Below, piece after piece: positions 47,888 to 64,000 of a stretch of 64,000 bases of DNA. This DNA is from Blastocystis sp. Blastoise. Taxonomy: Eukaryota > Protista > Bigyra: Opalinata. The notes under the pieces are model-generated. The model was given only the letters and a program-made list of their open reading frames with translations. It was not told the origin of the DNA and searched no databases. How positions within the stretch are numbered: position 1 is the stretch's first letter; each line of letters opens with the position of its first letter. Location: assembly GCA_039096225.1 (NCBI GenBank), contig JBBPEB010000014.1, forward strand, positions 1,116,001 to 1,180,000, given 5' to 3'. Both the position numbers and the translations under genes were made by a program.

Positions 47888-50800
47888 TTATTGGATAAGT
47901 TCAGAAATTTTAGTCATTATTGAGTTATAACGTTGTTTTGAATTTTCTGATTCATCTGAAGGAAGTAACAGTAATTCTTGAAAAAGTTCATCTAGTTGTT
48001 GTTGTGGCGTATCACATTCTGAGTATTTCATTCTCTTAGCAGAAATAGTATCTTTTTCGAATACTTGAACTTTTCTTTTAGCATCCTAAGAAATATTAAA
48101 TAATATATATATATATAATAATAGAGTATATATAGAAAAATAGGATTTAGAATATACTTCAATTATAGATTGTGGAAAATGTGCTAGTTCGGCACAATGA
48201 ATACCAAAAGACTGATCACATCCACCTTCTTTAACTTCATATCTATATAAATATAGATTAAATTTATAGTAGTAATAAAAAACATTAACGAAATAGGTAA
48301 TAGAAAAATATATAACATAAACATAAAAAAAAATAAATTATATATGTATATATATTAAAGAAAAAATAGATAAAAAATAGATAAAAAATAGATAAATAGA
48401 TAAAAAATAAATAAATAATAAATAAAAAATAGATAAAAAAAAATATAATTAAAAAATAGATAAAAAAATAATAAACTATATATATAATTAAAAAAAAGAT
48501 CTATAAATCCTATATACAGCATAGTAATACTATTATCATTGGTAATAGCAGTAACATGTAAATTAGATACACCAGGTAATGATTCTAATTTAATTAATTC
48601 TTGAAAATGAGTAGCAAATAAACAGAAACATTGAATATGAGTCACTATATATTCAGCAATTGACCATGATAAACCTAATCCATCATAACTATAGTCAACA
48701 AAATAATAATATATATATTATAATATATATTATATATAGAATTATAAATAACAGTATTTGGAAAATGTGATGAAATCTTTATTAAAATACAAATATAATA
48801 AAAAAAAAAATAATAATAATACGAAAACTAAATAAATAAATAAATAAATAATATATATATATATATATATATACGTTGAAGTTCCTCTTCCTAATTCATC
48901 AATCATAACTAAAGTATGTTCATTAGCATCTTGTAGTATAGTACTTGCTTCTATCATTTCACTCATAAATGTAGAAACACCTTTTAGTTGAATATCACCT
49001 GCTCCTACACGTGCATATATAGAAGTAAATATACATAATTCTGCAGATTCACATGGAACAAAACATCCTATTTGAGCTAATATACTAATTATACCCAACT
49101 ATATAGAAAATAATATACATTGATATTCATAGAAAAAGTATAAATATGTTATATAAAGCATATGAATATTAAAAAATGTTAAAAAAAATTCTGTTATTTT
49201 AATTTTCTTGAATACATCAATAGGATCTATTATATATATACTTCTCGAATATAAGTACTTTTACCACCCATATTAGGGCCAGTAATAACAATAAATCGAT
49301 TTGTTTTTCTATTAAATGTATAATTATTTGGTATAAAACTAACTCCATCCTGTACTTCTAGTAAAGGATGTCTTCCATTCTTAATAATAATATTATCTCC
49401 ATCTAATCCTGTTAATATAGGTCTGGTATAAGGAAGAGCAGAAGAAATGGATAAATAAGCAAATGAAGATAAAATATCTATTTGTGATATATAAGAAGAT
49501 AATAAATAAAAAGGAGCCACATATGTAGAAGCTACTTCAACTGCTTTCTTTACTAATATCTCCTTTATAATATTAATAATAATAATATAGTATAATTAAT
49601 TATATATACTTGTAATTGAGAATATTGTTTTTTATAATCAGAAAAAGACTCCGATAAATCACGAAGACCACTATATAACAGTAATAATAAGTATAAGTAC
49701 AATAATATTAAATATAATAAGTATAATAATAGTAAATATAATAAGTATAATAATATTAAATATAATAAGTATAATAATATTAAATATAATAAGTATAATA
49801 ATATTAAATATAATAAACATAATAAACATAATAAACATAATAAACATAATAAACATAATAATATATGTTAATATACCCTGTTCCTTCAGTTGTAAAAATA
49901 ATTCCACTTTTAAGAACTGATAATAAAGTGATAGTATCATATTTTCGAAGTATATTTTCATGTTTGGCATTACATCTATATATATATCCATATTGTCGAT
50001 TTACCTCACATTTTAAATCTATAGATGATCCCCATGAATGTAAATCCTATAATATATATACATAAATATATTATTTTACTTAATATAAAACAATTATATA
50101 TATATATATATACATAAAATAATAAAAATACAAATAAATGTTTTAAATTAAAATAAAATAGATAAAAACACATTATATACAGTTTCATATAATTGTGCAA
50201 TTTGATTATGTATTTCATTTCTACAATTCATAACTTCTCTTAATTCAGGACTCCAACTAGATTTAATAAGGAACTCAGGAGGTGTATGGTCTAATCCTTC
50301 TGTATCTAATGTTTCTTGCATTAATAAATTATATCCTTCAAGTGATTCTCTTATTTGAGAGAGAGGTGTTATATAACGATCTTTTAATGTAGTTTGAAGA
50401 GGTCCTTCATACGATGATAATGAAGACTATATATAACATATTAGTATAGACAAGAGAAATAAAATAAAGAAAAATTTATAATAATTATGAATAATAATAG
50501 GAAACGAAGGATTAATAAGAATAATAGGGATAATAAGAATATAATAATAATTATCATAATAACAACATATATACAATATAGATATAGATAACAATATATA
50601 ATAAATATATACAATAATAAGATCCACCTTCTTAATGGCTTGTAATAAATGATATAAATCTTGAAGTTGACAATTCTTACGTTTTTCTAATTTTCGACAA
50701 AACTTATCGATATCTACCATACCCTAAATATATATATTCATATGTACATATATAGATATATACTGTTATGTAAAATAATATATAATTATTTAAAATAATA

Positions 50801-51042
50801 TTTATATAAAACAAGATCATAAAAATAAGAAGAGTATCATATATATATATATATATATATATATACTTTAAGTCCTTCATTACGTATTGAATTACGAATA
50901 TCTTCGTGTTCTACAAAGAATTCTACGAGATCTAAACGTTTATTAATTTCATCCTGATCACATAAAGGATGACGCAGCCATCGTTCTAACGTACGTTTAC
51001 CCATACCATTAGTCACAGTACAATCTAATAATCCATAAATAC

Positions 51043-51080
<38 letters not shown>

Positions 51081-52053
51081 GTATAAAAATAATAATAATA
51101 CACATAATCATACCTAGAGAAACGATTAGCTTTAATATTTTCAGGGAATAAATTCATAGTTTGAATAGCTGGTTTATCTAATCGCATATATCTATATTTA
51201 TATATATAACCATAAATAATAATAATGAATAAACTAAAATATATATGCTAGAATAAGAATAGAATAGAGATATATACAAGGATATATCATAAGATTTAAG
51301 TGTATAACTGCCTATTATATCGGAGTCATTTAATAATCCCAGACTCTATAACAATTATAATAAATATAGTATAAATGATAGCAATTAATATAATAACAAT
51401 AAATATAATAAAAAAAAATATATATACGCTAATAAGACCCGCTACTGCTTTCATAGCATTCTGATTCTGTACTAAATTATGATATAACATAAGAGATTCT
51501 TCACCTAATAAAGTACATAAATCTTGATCGATATTCTTTGTATCGAAATGCCTATGTATATATATAAATATATTTATTAAAGAAATACATACTTTGGAGC
51601 TATATGTTTTGCTTCAATATTCAGTCTTTCTAATAGCGATGCTATTATCTTTCCTTTTCCTGTATCTGATCTACCTGAAAAATAACATGCTCCAGCGTTA
51701 CTCTGAATTAAAATAGACTCAAAATTAGAAAAATGATTCGTTTCACAAATCTCTGTCCTATACATATAAATCAGAATATATTTACATATACGATAGAATC
51801 TAAATACATTTTAATGACAAATCGTTTAGAATTACTATCATTCAAATCATAATTTGGAGTGTTGATTGCCACACCGATTGTCTGAGATGACTAAAATAAC
51901 ATAAAATTATTATGAACAATAAATTAATGTTTATCCATACCTCAGTATAATAAAGACACACTTGTGAAGGAGTAATTAATTCACCTACATCAAAAAATTA
52001 GCTATCGTTAGATTCAATATACTCTCTGCATCATCTTTCTTATTTGCAACCAT
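47888..52053 (-). CDS. MSH2: DNA mismatch repair protein MSH2
   Basis: [90 protein letters not shown]. Start codon tentative. Confidence 0.95.
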
Positions 52054-52614
52054 TCTTTAAATGGTATCCTTAGAAATATCAGACTGATTATAGAATAACT
52101 AAAATATCCCACCAAAAAAGATTACTTGGCGCCATTAAATAATCATGGTTTTATTATTTTTTAAAGTAAAAAAAACAAAAAGAAATGATATTTTTTTAAT
52201 TTACATTATTTGTATTAATGAATCATAATTATATTATTTATTAATAAATTTGTAGTTAAACTTTCTTAAAGGTTCCGTTGATAATAACAAAAACATTGTC
52301 ATATGATAATTAGTATCTCCTTTTTTTTAATAATAAAACAAATGTTTTAAATGGGGTTAGTGAGAAGCGCAAAGAGTCGTTCAAACTGTTGAAAATACTT
52401 GAACACCTTATTAACGATAATTTGCCGTAAATTATGATTTTAGAAATAATGTTTGCAATATAACAAAACAAATTATTATACATACACAATATACTTGGCC
52501 AGATTTAAAAAAAAGAGAAAAAGAAAAGAAAAAGTAAAACACTATGACAATACAAAGATATATGTAAAAATTTGATAAGTTAAATAGAATAAATAAATAT
52601 ATAGCAGAACTATT

Positions 52615-55600
52615 TTAAGAAAGTGTGTACACTTCATATTCATCAACTGAGAACTTACTCATTTGTTTAGGTTCATTACTATTTGTAAATATAGATGTAA
52701 AAAAAGTTATATCACCACCATAATAACTAGTAATGAATTGTGAAATAGAACTGTCTTCATTCATTTGACATTCGGAGGAAATATTGAATCCATTTGTAAA
52801 TGAAGGACCTAAGGATTGACTATAGATAATAGAATCATGAGTACTATTATGTTGTCTATAGAGAGTAGCAGGAATTTGATATGAACTAAATAGGGAAAAC
52901 AAGCAAGCTTCAGAATCCATTTGAGTTGAAAAACCTATATATATATATTATATATAAAACACAACAAAAATAGATAATATATGTATATAATAACACTATT
53001 TCCATAAGAAAAAAAATTTAAAATGAGTAATTATAATATATATATATATACCATTTGAATGATTATCACTAGATTTGGGTGTTTTCCATCCTTGTTTTGT
53101 ATATCCTCCAAATATACACTTTTTTTGATTCTTATCTAGACCTTGAATAATTACTAATGTTTCTCCTTTATTATCACAATAATTATGGAAAGAAGAACTA
53201 CTAAAACCATGCTTTGAGCCTCTATATAAACATATAAATAATAAAACAGTATATAAATTTGTAAATTTTATAATAAAAATATCAATAAAATGACAAAAGA
53301 AGAAAGAAGATGATAATAAATATATATAAATAATTATATACACAAAAGTGAGTCTCCAGGGTTTTTGATATCCAAACCATGTCATAAGCATATATCTAAA
53401 ATTATCAATGTTTCCAAGAATAGTACTATCTTGACATATTAAGGGACCTCTTAATCCATAATTATACTCTGGTAATGCGTGAAGTGAATTTGATGCTAAC
53501 ATTTCATTATATGGAATATTACTAATGTTATTATAATTGCAATTTACATAATTTTCATGAATATCTTCATTATAAACTTGTGTATTTTTTGGATATGAGG
53601 AATTCATTGGTGATTCGAATACAGAAGAAGTAATAACATTTATAGAATTTGGTATAGAGCAAACAATAGTTGATGTTATGAGAGGAACTGTATCCGCCAT
53701 AGAGGAATCCTCTACATTATTCATATAAGGAATATAATTCTGATTCTCATGATTATTTATATGAGGTTTTTGAGGTTTATAATGATTATCTTGATTATTG
53801 TTATATGAATTTTGTGATTTATAATGATTATCCATATAAGATTCATTATATTGAGTATCTTGATTATTATTATAAGATTTTTGAGGCTTATAATCTTGAT
53901 TACTATCATAATGTTTATAATCTTGATTTTCCTTGCTATTCTTATAATTCATAGTATCTGCTTTATTTTCTGTTTTCTTATAACTGTTCTTATCTTTCTT
54001 ATTTCTTAGATATACATTATCCTTATTTTCTTTATTCTTAGGAAGATGAGATTTATTTTCTTGAGATTTGTTTAGATACTTTGTTGGACTTGGAGGAGGA
54101 CTAATTCTATGTTTACGAATATTGTCCATATGGTCAGATGTATCTATAGGAATAAACATAGAAGATGGACTTGATAATGATGAACAAAATATTGGATCAG
54201 GTAACTCAGAAGCGCCAAAATAAACAGAAGAAGAAGAAGAAGTTGATGAAGACGATGAAATAGAATTAGATGAAGACGATGAAATAGAATTAGATGAAAT
54301 TGAAGGAATAGAGTTAGAATTAGAAGGAACAGAAGGAACAGAAGGAATAGAATTAGAAGGAATAGGTTTGAAATTAGAAGGAATAGAATTAGAATTAGAA
54401 GGACGAGAAGAATAAGGAACAGAAGGAATAGAATTAGAATTAGAAGGAATAGAATTAGACTTAGAATTAGAAGGAATAGGCTTGAAATCAGAAGGAATAG
54501 AATTAGAATTAGAATTAGAAGGACGAGAAGAATAAGGAACAGAAGGAATAGAAGGATTAGAAGGAATAGGCTTGAAATCAGAAGGAATAGAAGGATTAAA
54601 AGGAACAGAAGGAATTATAGGAATAGGCTTGAAATCAGAAGGACGAGAAGAATAAGGAACAGAAGGAATAGAAGGATTAGGCTTAGAATCAGAAGGAATA
54701 GGAAGAGCTTTAAAATTGACAGGATTAGAATTAGAAGGAATAGGTTTAGTATCAGAAGAAATAGGAAGAGCTTTAAAATTGACAGGATTAGAATTAGAAG
54801 GAATAGGTTTAGTATCAGAAGGAATAGGAAGAACTTTAAAATTGACAGGATTAGAAGAATGAGGAATAGAAGGATTAGAAGGAATAGGTTTAGTATCAGA
54901 AGAAATAGGAAGAACTTTAAAATTGACAGGATTAGGATTAGAAGGATTAGGCTTAGAATCAGAAGGAATAGGAAGAGCTTTAAAATTGACAGGATTAGAA
55001 TTAGAAGGAATAGGTTTAGTATCAGAAGGAATAGGAAGAGCTTTAAAATGGACAGGATTAGGATTAGAAGGAATAGATTTAGTATCAGAAGGAATAGGAA
55101 GAGCTTTAAAATGGACAGGACTAGAAGAATGAGGAATAGAAGGAATAGATTTAGTATCAGAAGGAATAGGAAGAGCTTTAAAACGGACAGGATTAGAATT
55201 AGAAGTAATAGAAGGATAAGAATTAGAAGGAATAGAAGGAATAGAAAGAATAGAAGGAATAGGCTTAGAGTTAGAATTAATATGTTTAATAGGGATAGAC
55301 TTAGTATCAGAAGGAATAGTAGAACTAACTGATGGTATGTTAATTTCATCATGAGTTTTATTTAATGAATTTTTAGTATTTTCATTAGATTTAATAGTAT
55401 TTGGAATCTGTTCAGAATGAATTGAATTTAAATTAAGTGGAATACGATTACATGAATTCTCTGAATGAATTGGAGATGATGTATTTGAATGTCTATTTGT
55501 ATTTATATCTGATATACTATCGGAAAATGAAGGAGTTATACTATTCATAAATGGATTATTCTGATTATCATATGGAGAAGAAGTATTAGTTATTTCATTC

Positions 55601-57014
55601 CCATAAGGATTAATAGAACCAGAATTCGTAATGACAACATTACTAGGAACAAACACATTATTAGTTATTTCAATTGTAGGTAGAGATGGTATACAAGGTA
55701 TAGCATTGAAATTTTTAGATATATCCTGTTCAATAGATATATTCTTTGAATTCTTATTTATAGGAGTATCTACTAATGTTTCTTCTAGATTTGATGGTAT
55801 TTCTTGTGGATGAATCTCAAAATTAGGAATAGGAATATTGGAGTGGAGAGACGAAGCAGTAGATAAAGACGAAATAATTGTATTCTTATTCACATGATCA
55901 CTATTAGAATTTATATTATTATCTATAGGTTTACAAGCATCAGGTATCTTAGTAATAGTACTATGAACATGATTTCCAGAATCAGCAGGTTTTATATTAG
56001 TATCATCGTTACTCCTTTGAATTTGATTCTTTTCAAGACTATTTTTGTGATTGAGTTGTTCTTCTAATTCTTGAATTTTCTTATTTAATGAATCATTTAT
56101 CTTCTGTAAAGAATCACGATCTTGTAGAAGACTATCCGGTGTTGCTTTTTTTTGTTTTAATTGTTCAGTTAATTCGAGAACTTTTTGTTCAAGACTTTCT
56201 TTCTCATTCTTTAAGGATTCACATAACGAAGCCACGATATCATCCTTTTGTTGAGTGTCACCTTTAGTCGAAATATAATTTTGTAAAAACAATTCAATTG
56301 ATTGAACTGTAGACCAGGTGAGAGTCGTTGTAGCTATTAACTTAGTCAGCATAGAATCATTATTCTCAGCTTGTCTAGTAAGCATACCAATATCATTTTG
56401 AAATTGTTCTTGAGTTAGAATACCCGAAAAATTTGTAGAATTTAATTTTTCTAAAGCATCATTCTGTTTTTGTTGTTGTTCATTCAATGACTTGATAGCT
56501 TCAAGGGAATCATTACTATAATTCTTTTGGTCACTCAACGATGTCTGTATAGAATACAATAATGACTGAATGGTTTCATAAGATGATGATACTGAGTTAC
56601 TTATATCTCTATCTAACTCAGGAGGAACAGGCACAAGACAGGCAAGGAAGCAATTCTTCATTTGAAGAAGTTCGTCTTTTGATCTTCCTTGAAGAAACAA
56701 GGGACAACCATTCATTGATGCTATCATCATAGAAACATAATAATCATCAAATTCAACATAATAAATCATATCATCAGAACATTTCTTAGATTTCCAATTG
56801 GCATAAAAGATGGATTTCTTATATAACTCTAATCTTTCTGGTTGTATAGGACATCGGCAAAGCCTTTGAGATCCAGAAAAGACCAAAAAATGAATCGACG
56901 AACTAGCTACAATCGGTCTTTCAGATTCTTCCTATATTTATATAGAATATGAATTATAATGATATAAATATTAAAATATACTAATGTTGTTTTTGGTTTA
57001 TTTCTTTTGAACAT
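52615..57014 (-). CDS. TLDc-domain protein with coiled coil and long S/P/N-rich repeats
   Basis: C-terminal GSKHGFSSSSFHNYCDNKGETL..IFGGYT..W..LFSL..GPSF..F.VDEYEVY; first exon MFKRNKPKTTL. Confidence 0.82.
54300..55320 (-). repeat. Coding tandem repeats (SNPVNFKALPIPSDTKPIP, about 9 copies, plus IPSNSNS units)
   Basis: Visible in the 1296-aa ORF and as repeated GAAGGAATAGGAAGAGCTTTAAAATTGACAGGATTAG. Confidence 0.9.
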
Positions 57015-59058
57015 TCTTTAATAAAAAAAAATATGAAATAAAAATATATGAAAAGAAATAAAACTCTTTAAGTTGAGTTTTTTCTAGTTATTTTTTTTGA
57101 AAAATTCAGCAAATGAGAAAACCTAGTATTACAATAGTAAAGTCTGCTGACTCACTAAATTCAAGTAAATACATTACAATATTGTAGTGACCCTATATTA
57201 CTCTTCAAATTTACTAGTAACCAAATGTCAATTAACATTATTGTGAATTGAAGTTCATATAATATGATACAAAACATATTTAACATTGAAGAAAGAACAT
57301 AGTAAGGATTTAAGGTTTTTAGAAAGACTTCATAAATTGACAATGATGTTCCTTATTTCATATATTGAAAGTAAATGCATTTCTAATTGCTTTAGAGTGT
57401 AGTCTTACATTGTACAGATTATCATAAGTTTATTTGGAATCATTTTGATAAGGATTCATTTTAAGAATGAGTATACTATGGACATTTTGTGTTTTTTTGA
57501 CCCTATTTCCCGTAAGAGAAACAACAAAATGACTGGGATTTTTTAATCAAAAATACGTTGGCCTAAACTCGAGAAAAGAGTGTCCGCCAACTTGTCAAGT
57601 TTCTCTCTTTTTGACGAGAAAAACTTAAAAATAACTCTACAAAATATATTGTTTATTTATATAATCATAGACATTCTAAATATTGACTATTTTACAGTGT
57701 TTTATGATTTAAAATGACTGTTTAAAACCAAAAAGACTTTAATTTTTTCTCTGAAGTCTATAATTCAGGAATGGATTACATGAGTGAGAAGTTTTTAAAA
57801 TTTGTGTATTCTCTGAGTGATATATTATCATTTCAATCATTCTCGTCAAGTCCTTTTACAATATAAACCATTATACAGCCTAAATCAACACACACCTAAA
57901 AATTTCTTCTTTTTGATTTCCCAAGGAAAAAACAATAAAATGACTTGACTTTTTTATTCATAATTTTTTAGCCTAAAGACGACAGCATTCTTTTAGCCAA
58001 CTACCCTAGAAAGTCAAAACAATTAAAAATTCAAAAAAGAAAAGTAAAACAGAAGCTCTTGTTTTTGTTTATTGATTATCGTCAATAAACCTGTTTTTAA
58101 AAATATGACTTTAGAATATCATTCAGGACTTGATTTATAGTTCAGGGTATCGTTTTAAGGTTTAAAATAGCTTTTTTAAGAGAATTCATAATTATGTCCT
58201 AAACCAAGAGGAGTTGTGCGTTTTTATCATCTCTGTTGTTAGACATACTTATACACAACATACTCAGCTTACAAAATTGTTTTTCTTGCTTGTTGTGATT
58301 TTTCACTCATTTTTGAATATTTGATTTTTAGTTTCAAAAGTGGTATAAAGTGTCTATACATGCCTGTAAGAATCGATTTTAATACTATAAAGTCAAAAAT
58401 ATTAAAAAAAAGTGACAGCGAAAAAAGGAGGGAAAATATACTTTTTTGAATTTCTTGATATTCCCGCAAAAATGATTTTTCTTTTAAGACCTGAAGACAC
58501 CCATACGCTATTGAGCCTATTGACTTAGAAAATATTTCATTTGTTACATATTTTTTTTATTTTTATTCTATTTTTATTTGCCTTTATTTTTAAAAATAGA
58601 AGCTCATTTTAACTTCAGACTGTTCCCTTGTATGTATATTGCTATTTTTTATTCTTTACCCATATTAACATTCTCCCATTCTCTAGCATGTATAGGTTCC
58701 TGCTCGTCCGTGGTTATAAGAGTCCTCTTCAGTCCATGTCAACAACGTCTATGATGTCAAACTGTTTTCAAAGTATATATGTATTTATTTATTTTTATAA
58801 TTATCTCTTATCTTTTTATTTTTTATATTGCTGTAATATTATATGATAAAATACTTATCGTATATTCATTCTATCTATTATTAACTTTCTTTTTTTTTTC
58901 TTGAATTAGAATTCTAATTCATTTTATTATTTATTTTCATTATTTTTATATTTTTATTTATTATTATTTATTTATTTAGGTTGTTTTCTACTGTTTCTGT
59001 TGGTTATCTTTCCCTATGACTCAACATCACCAAATTCATTTTTTTCTATTAGGTATGT

Positions 59059-59089
<31 letters not shown>

Positions 59090-59099
59090 TTATCTAGTT

Positions 59100-62940
<3,841 letters not shown>

Positions 62941-64000
62941 TTATAGATCTCTATATTTATATTTTTTTTTCTCTATATTATTATTTTAATTCTTTTTTAT
63001 TAATTTCATTAATTATCCCTATCTCATTAACTTTATATTTTTCTCTATTTATTCTCTTTTCATTTTTCCCTCCTATATTTAGCATCGTTTTCTCTTATAC
63101 ATATATTTTTTTTCATACTTATTTTCGTATTATTATATATCCCTTTATATTACTTTTCCTCTATATTATCCTTAAGCTTAAATTGGTAAGTTTCAATCAA
63201 TTTATGATTGAAAACAGGTTCAATTCCTGTCTTAAGGTCGTTTATATAACTATTTTATGTATATATAGGTTTTAATATTCATATTGTATAAGATTTTCAA
63301 AAAATATATATTCAGAGAGGTGAAGATCAATTATGTTAATTACTATTTTTTTCTTTATATGTGTATTTATTTAATCATTAAATGTATTAGTTGTATATAG
63401 ATGATTCATAGAAACATTCAAAACAGTTTATTCAATACAAAAATATTCCAACAATTATCAATTACTTAATTAAGTGTATTGTCGAACACAGAATCTTCTC
63501 AAAAGATTGTTCAGGAGATTTTATAATGTTTATACGTAAAATATTAGTTTAGTTCCAAAAAATAATTCTATTTTTCAAAAATAGATTATCAAAAGATTCT
63601 GTGCAATTTTTTTTTCATATGATCAGTGTATCCTTGTACAGTAGAAAAAAATCATTTAAATACATTTTTGACTTGATAAACAATAAATTAAGAATTTATT
63701 CTTGTTAAAAAACAAAATATTTTGAAAATAATACTAAAATCATACAGATGACTAATGAAACTATTCATTCATTTACTCTTAACATGATTTAAGACAAGTC
63801 ATAAAAATGGAGATTCTTTATATTTTATAATTTTTGATTAATTGATATCACTGTCATGTTTAAACTTCATTTAGACACTAAATATGCAATATGAGACGTT
63901 TCTGTTATTATTGAAAATAAAATATATATTTGAAATAATTTTAGTTTCACTAAAAATCACTGAAGATGATTAAACACGGTAAGTAGACAATGAATAAATC

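Noticed and set aside
49975-50005. Apparent small intron GTAAAT...ATATAG in MSH2
   Set aside because: It reads through in frame as [13 protein letters not shown], matching the MSH2 clamp region; removing it would shift the frame.
52060-52075. GTATCCTT or ATATCCTT words at 52064, 44118 and 51279
   Set aside because: Wrong strand, exonic, or part of the pyrimidine tract of an ordinary GT-AG intron; no matching U12 branch site.

Overview
Gene-dense, very AT-rich (about 80% AT by eye), intron-rich eukaryotic nuclear DNA. The gene set and style suggest a gut-protist stramenopile such as a Blastocystis/opalinid relative; this is inference, not a database result. I reconstructed about 21 protein-coding genes by hand: partial GH20-like, importin-beta family, NAGLU/GH89, NELF-C/D (TH1), NAA40, TM-RING E3, cathepsin-L-like, ARM/PH protein, scramblase-like, saposin-like, MORN, RPS21, biotin ligase, GT31, Sec5, multi-SH3, MSH2, TLDc and unknowns. 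There is also one tRNA-Lys(CTT), a 140-bp hAT-type MITE with a perfect 8-bp target-site duplication, and a 4-kb strand-asymmetric pyrimidine tract at the right end. The most striking signal is the splicing system. Four well-supported U12-type (minor) introns (three AT-AC, one AT-AA, all phase 0) plus one GT-AG candidate occur among roughly 130-140 introns. Several introns required by protein conservation have non-canonical ends (AT-AG, GT-GG, GA-AG, GT-TG). Two introns consist of nothing but GT(AT)nAG. Together these suggest AT-microsatellite-driven intron birth and structure-assisted or relaxed splice-site recognition. Base-calling errors in (AT)n tracts must be excluded. All exon models are manual and coordinates may be off by a few bases.
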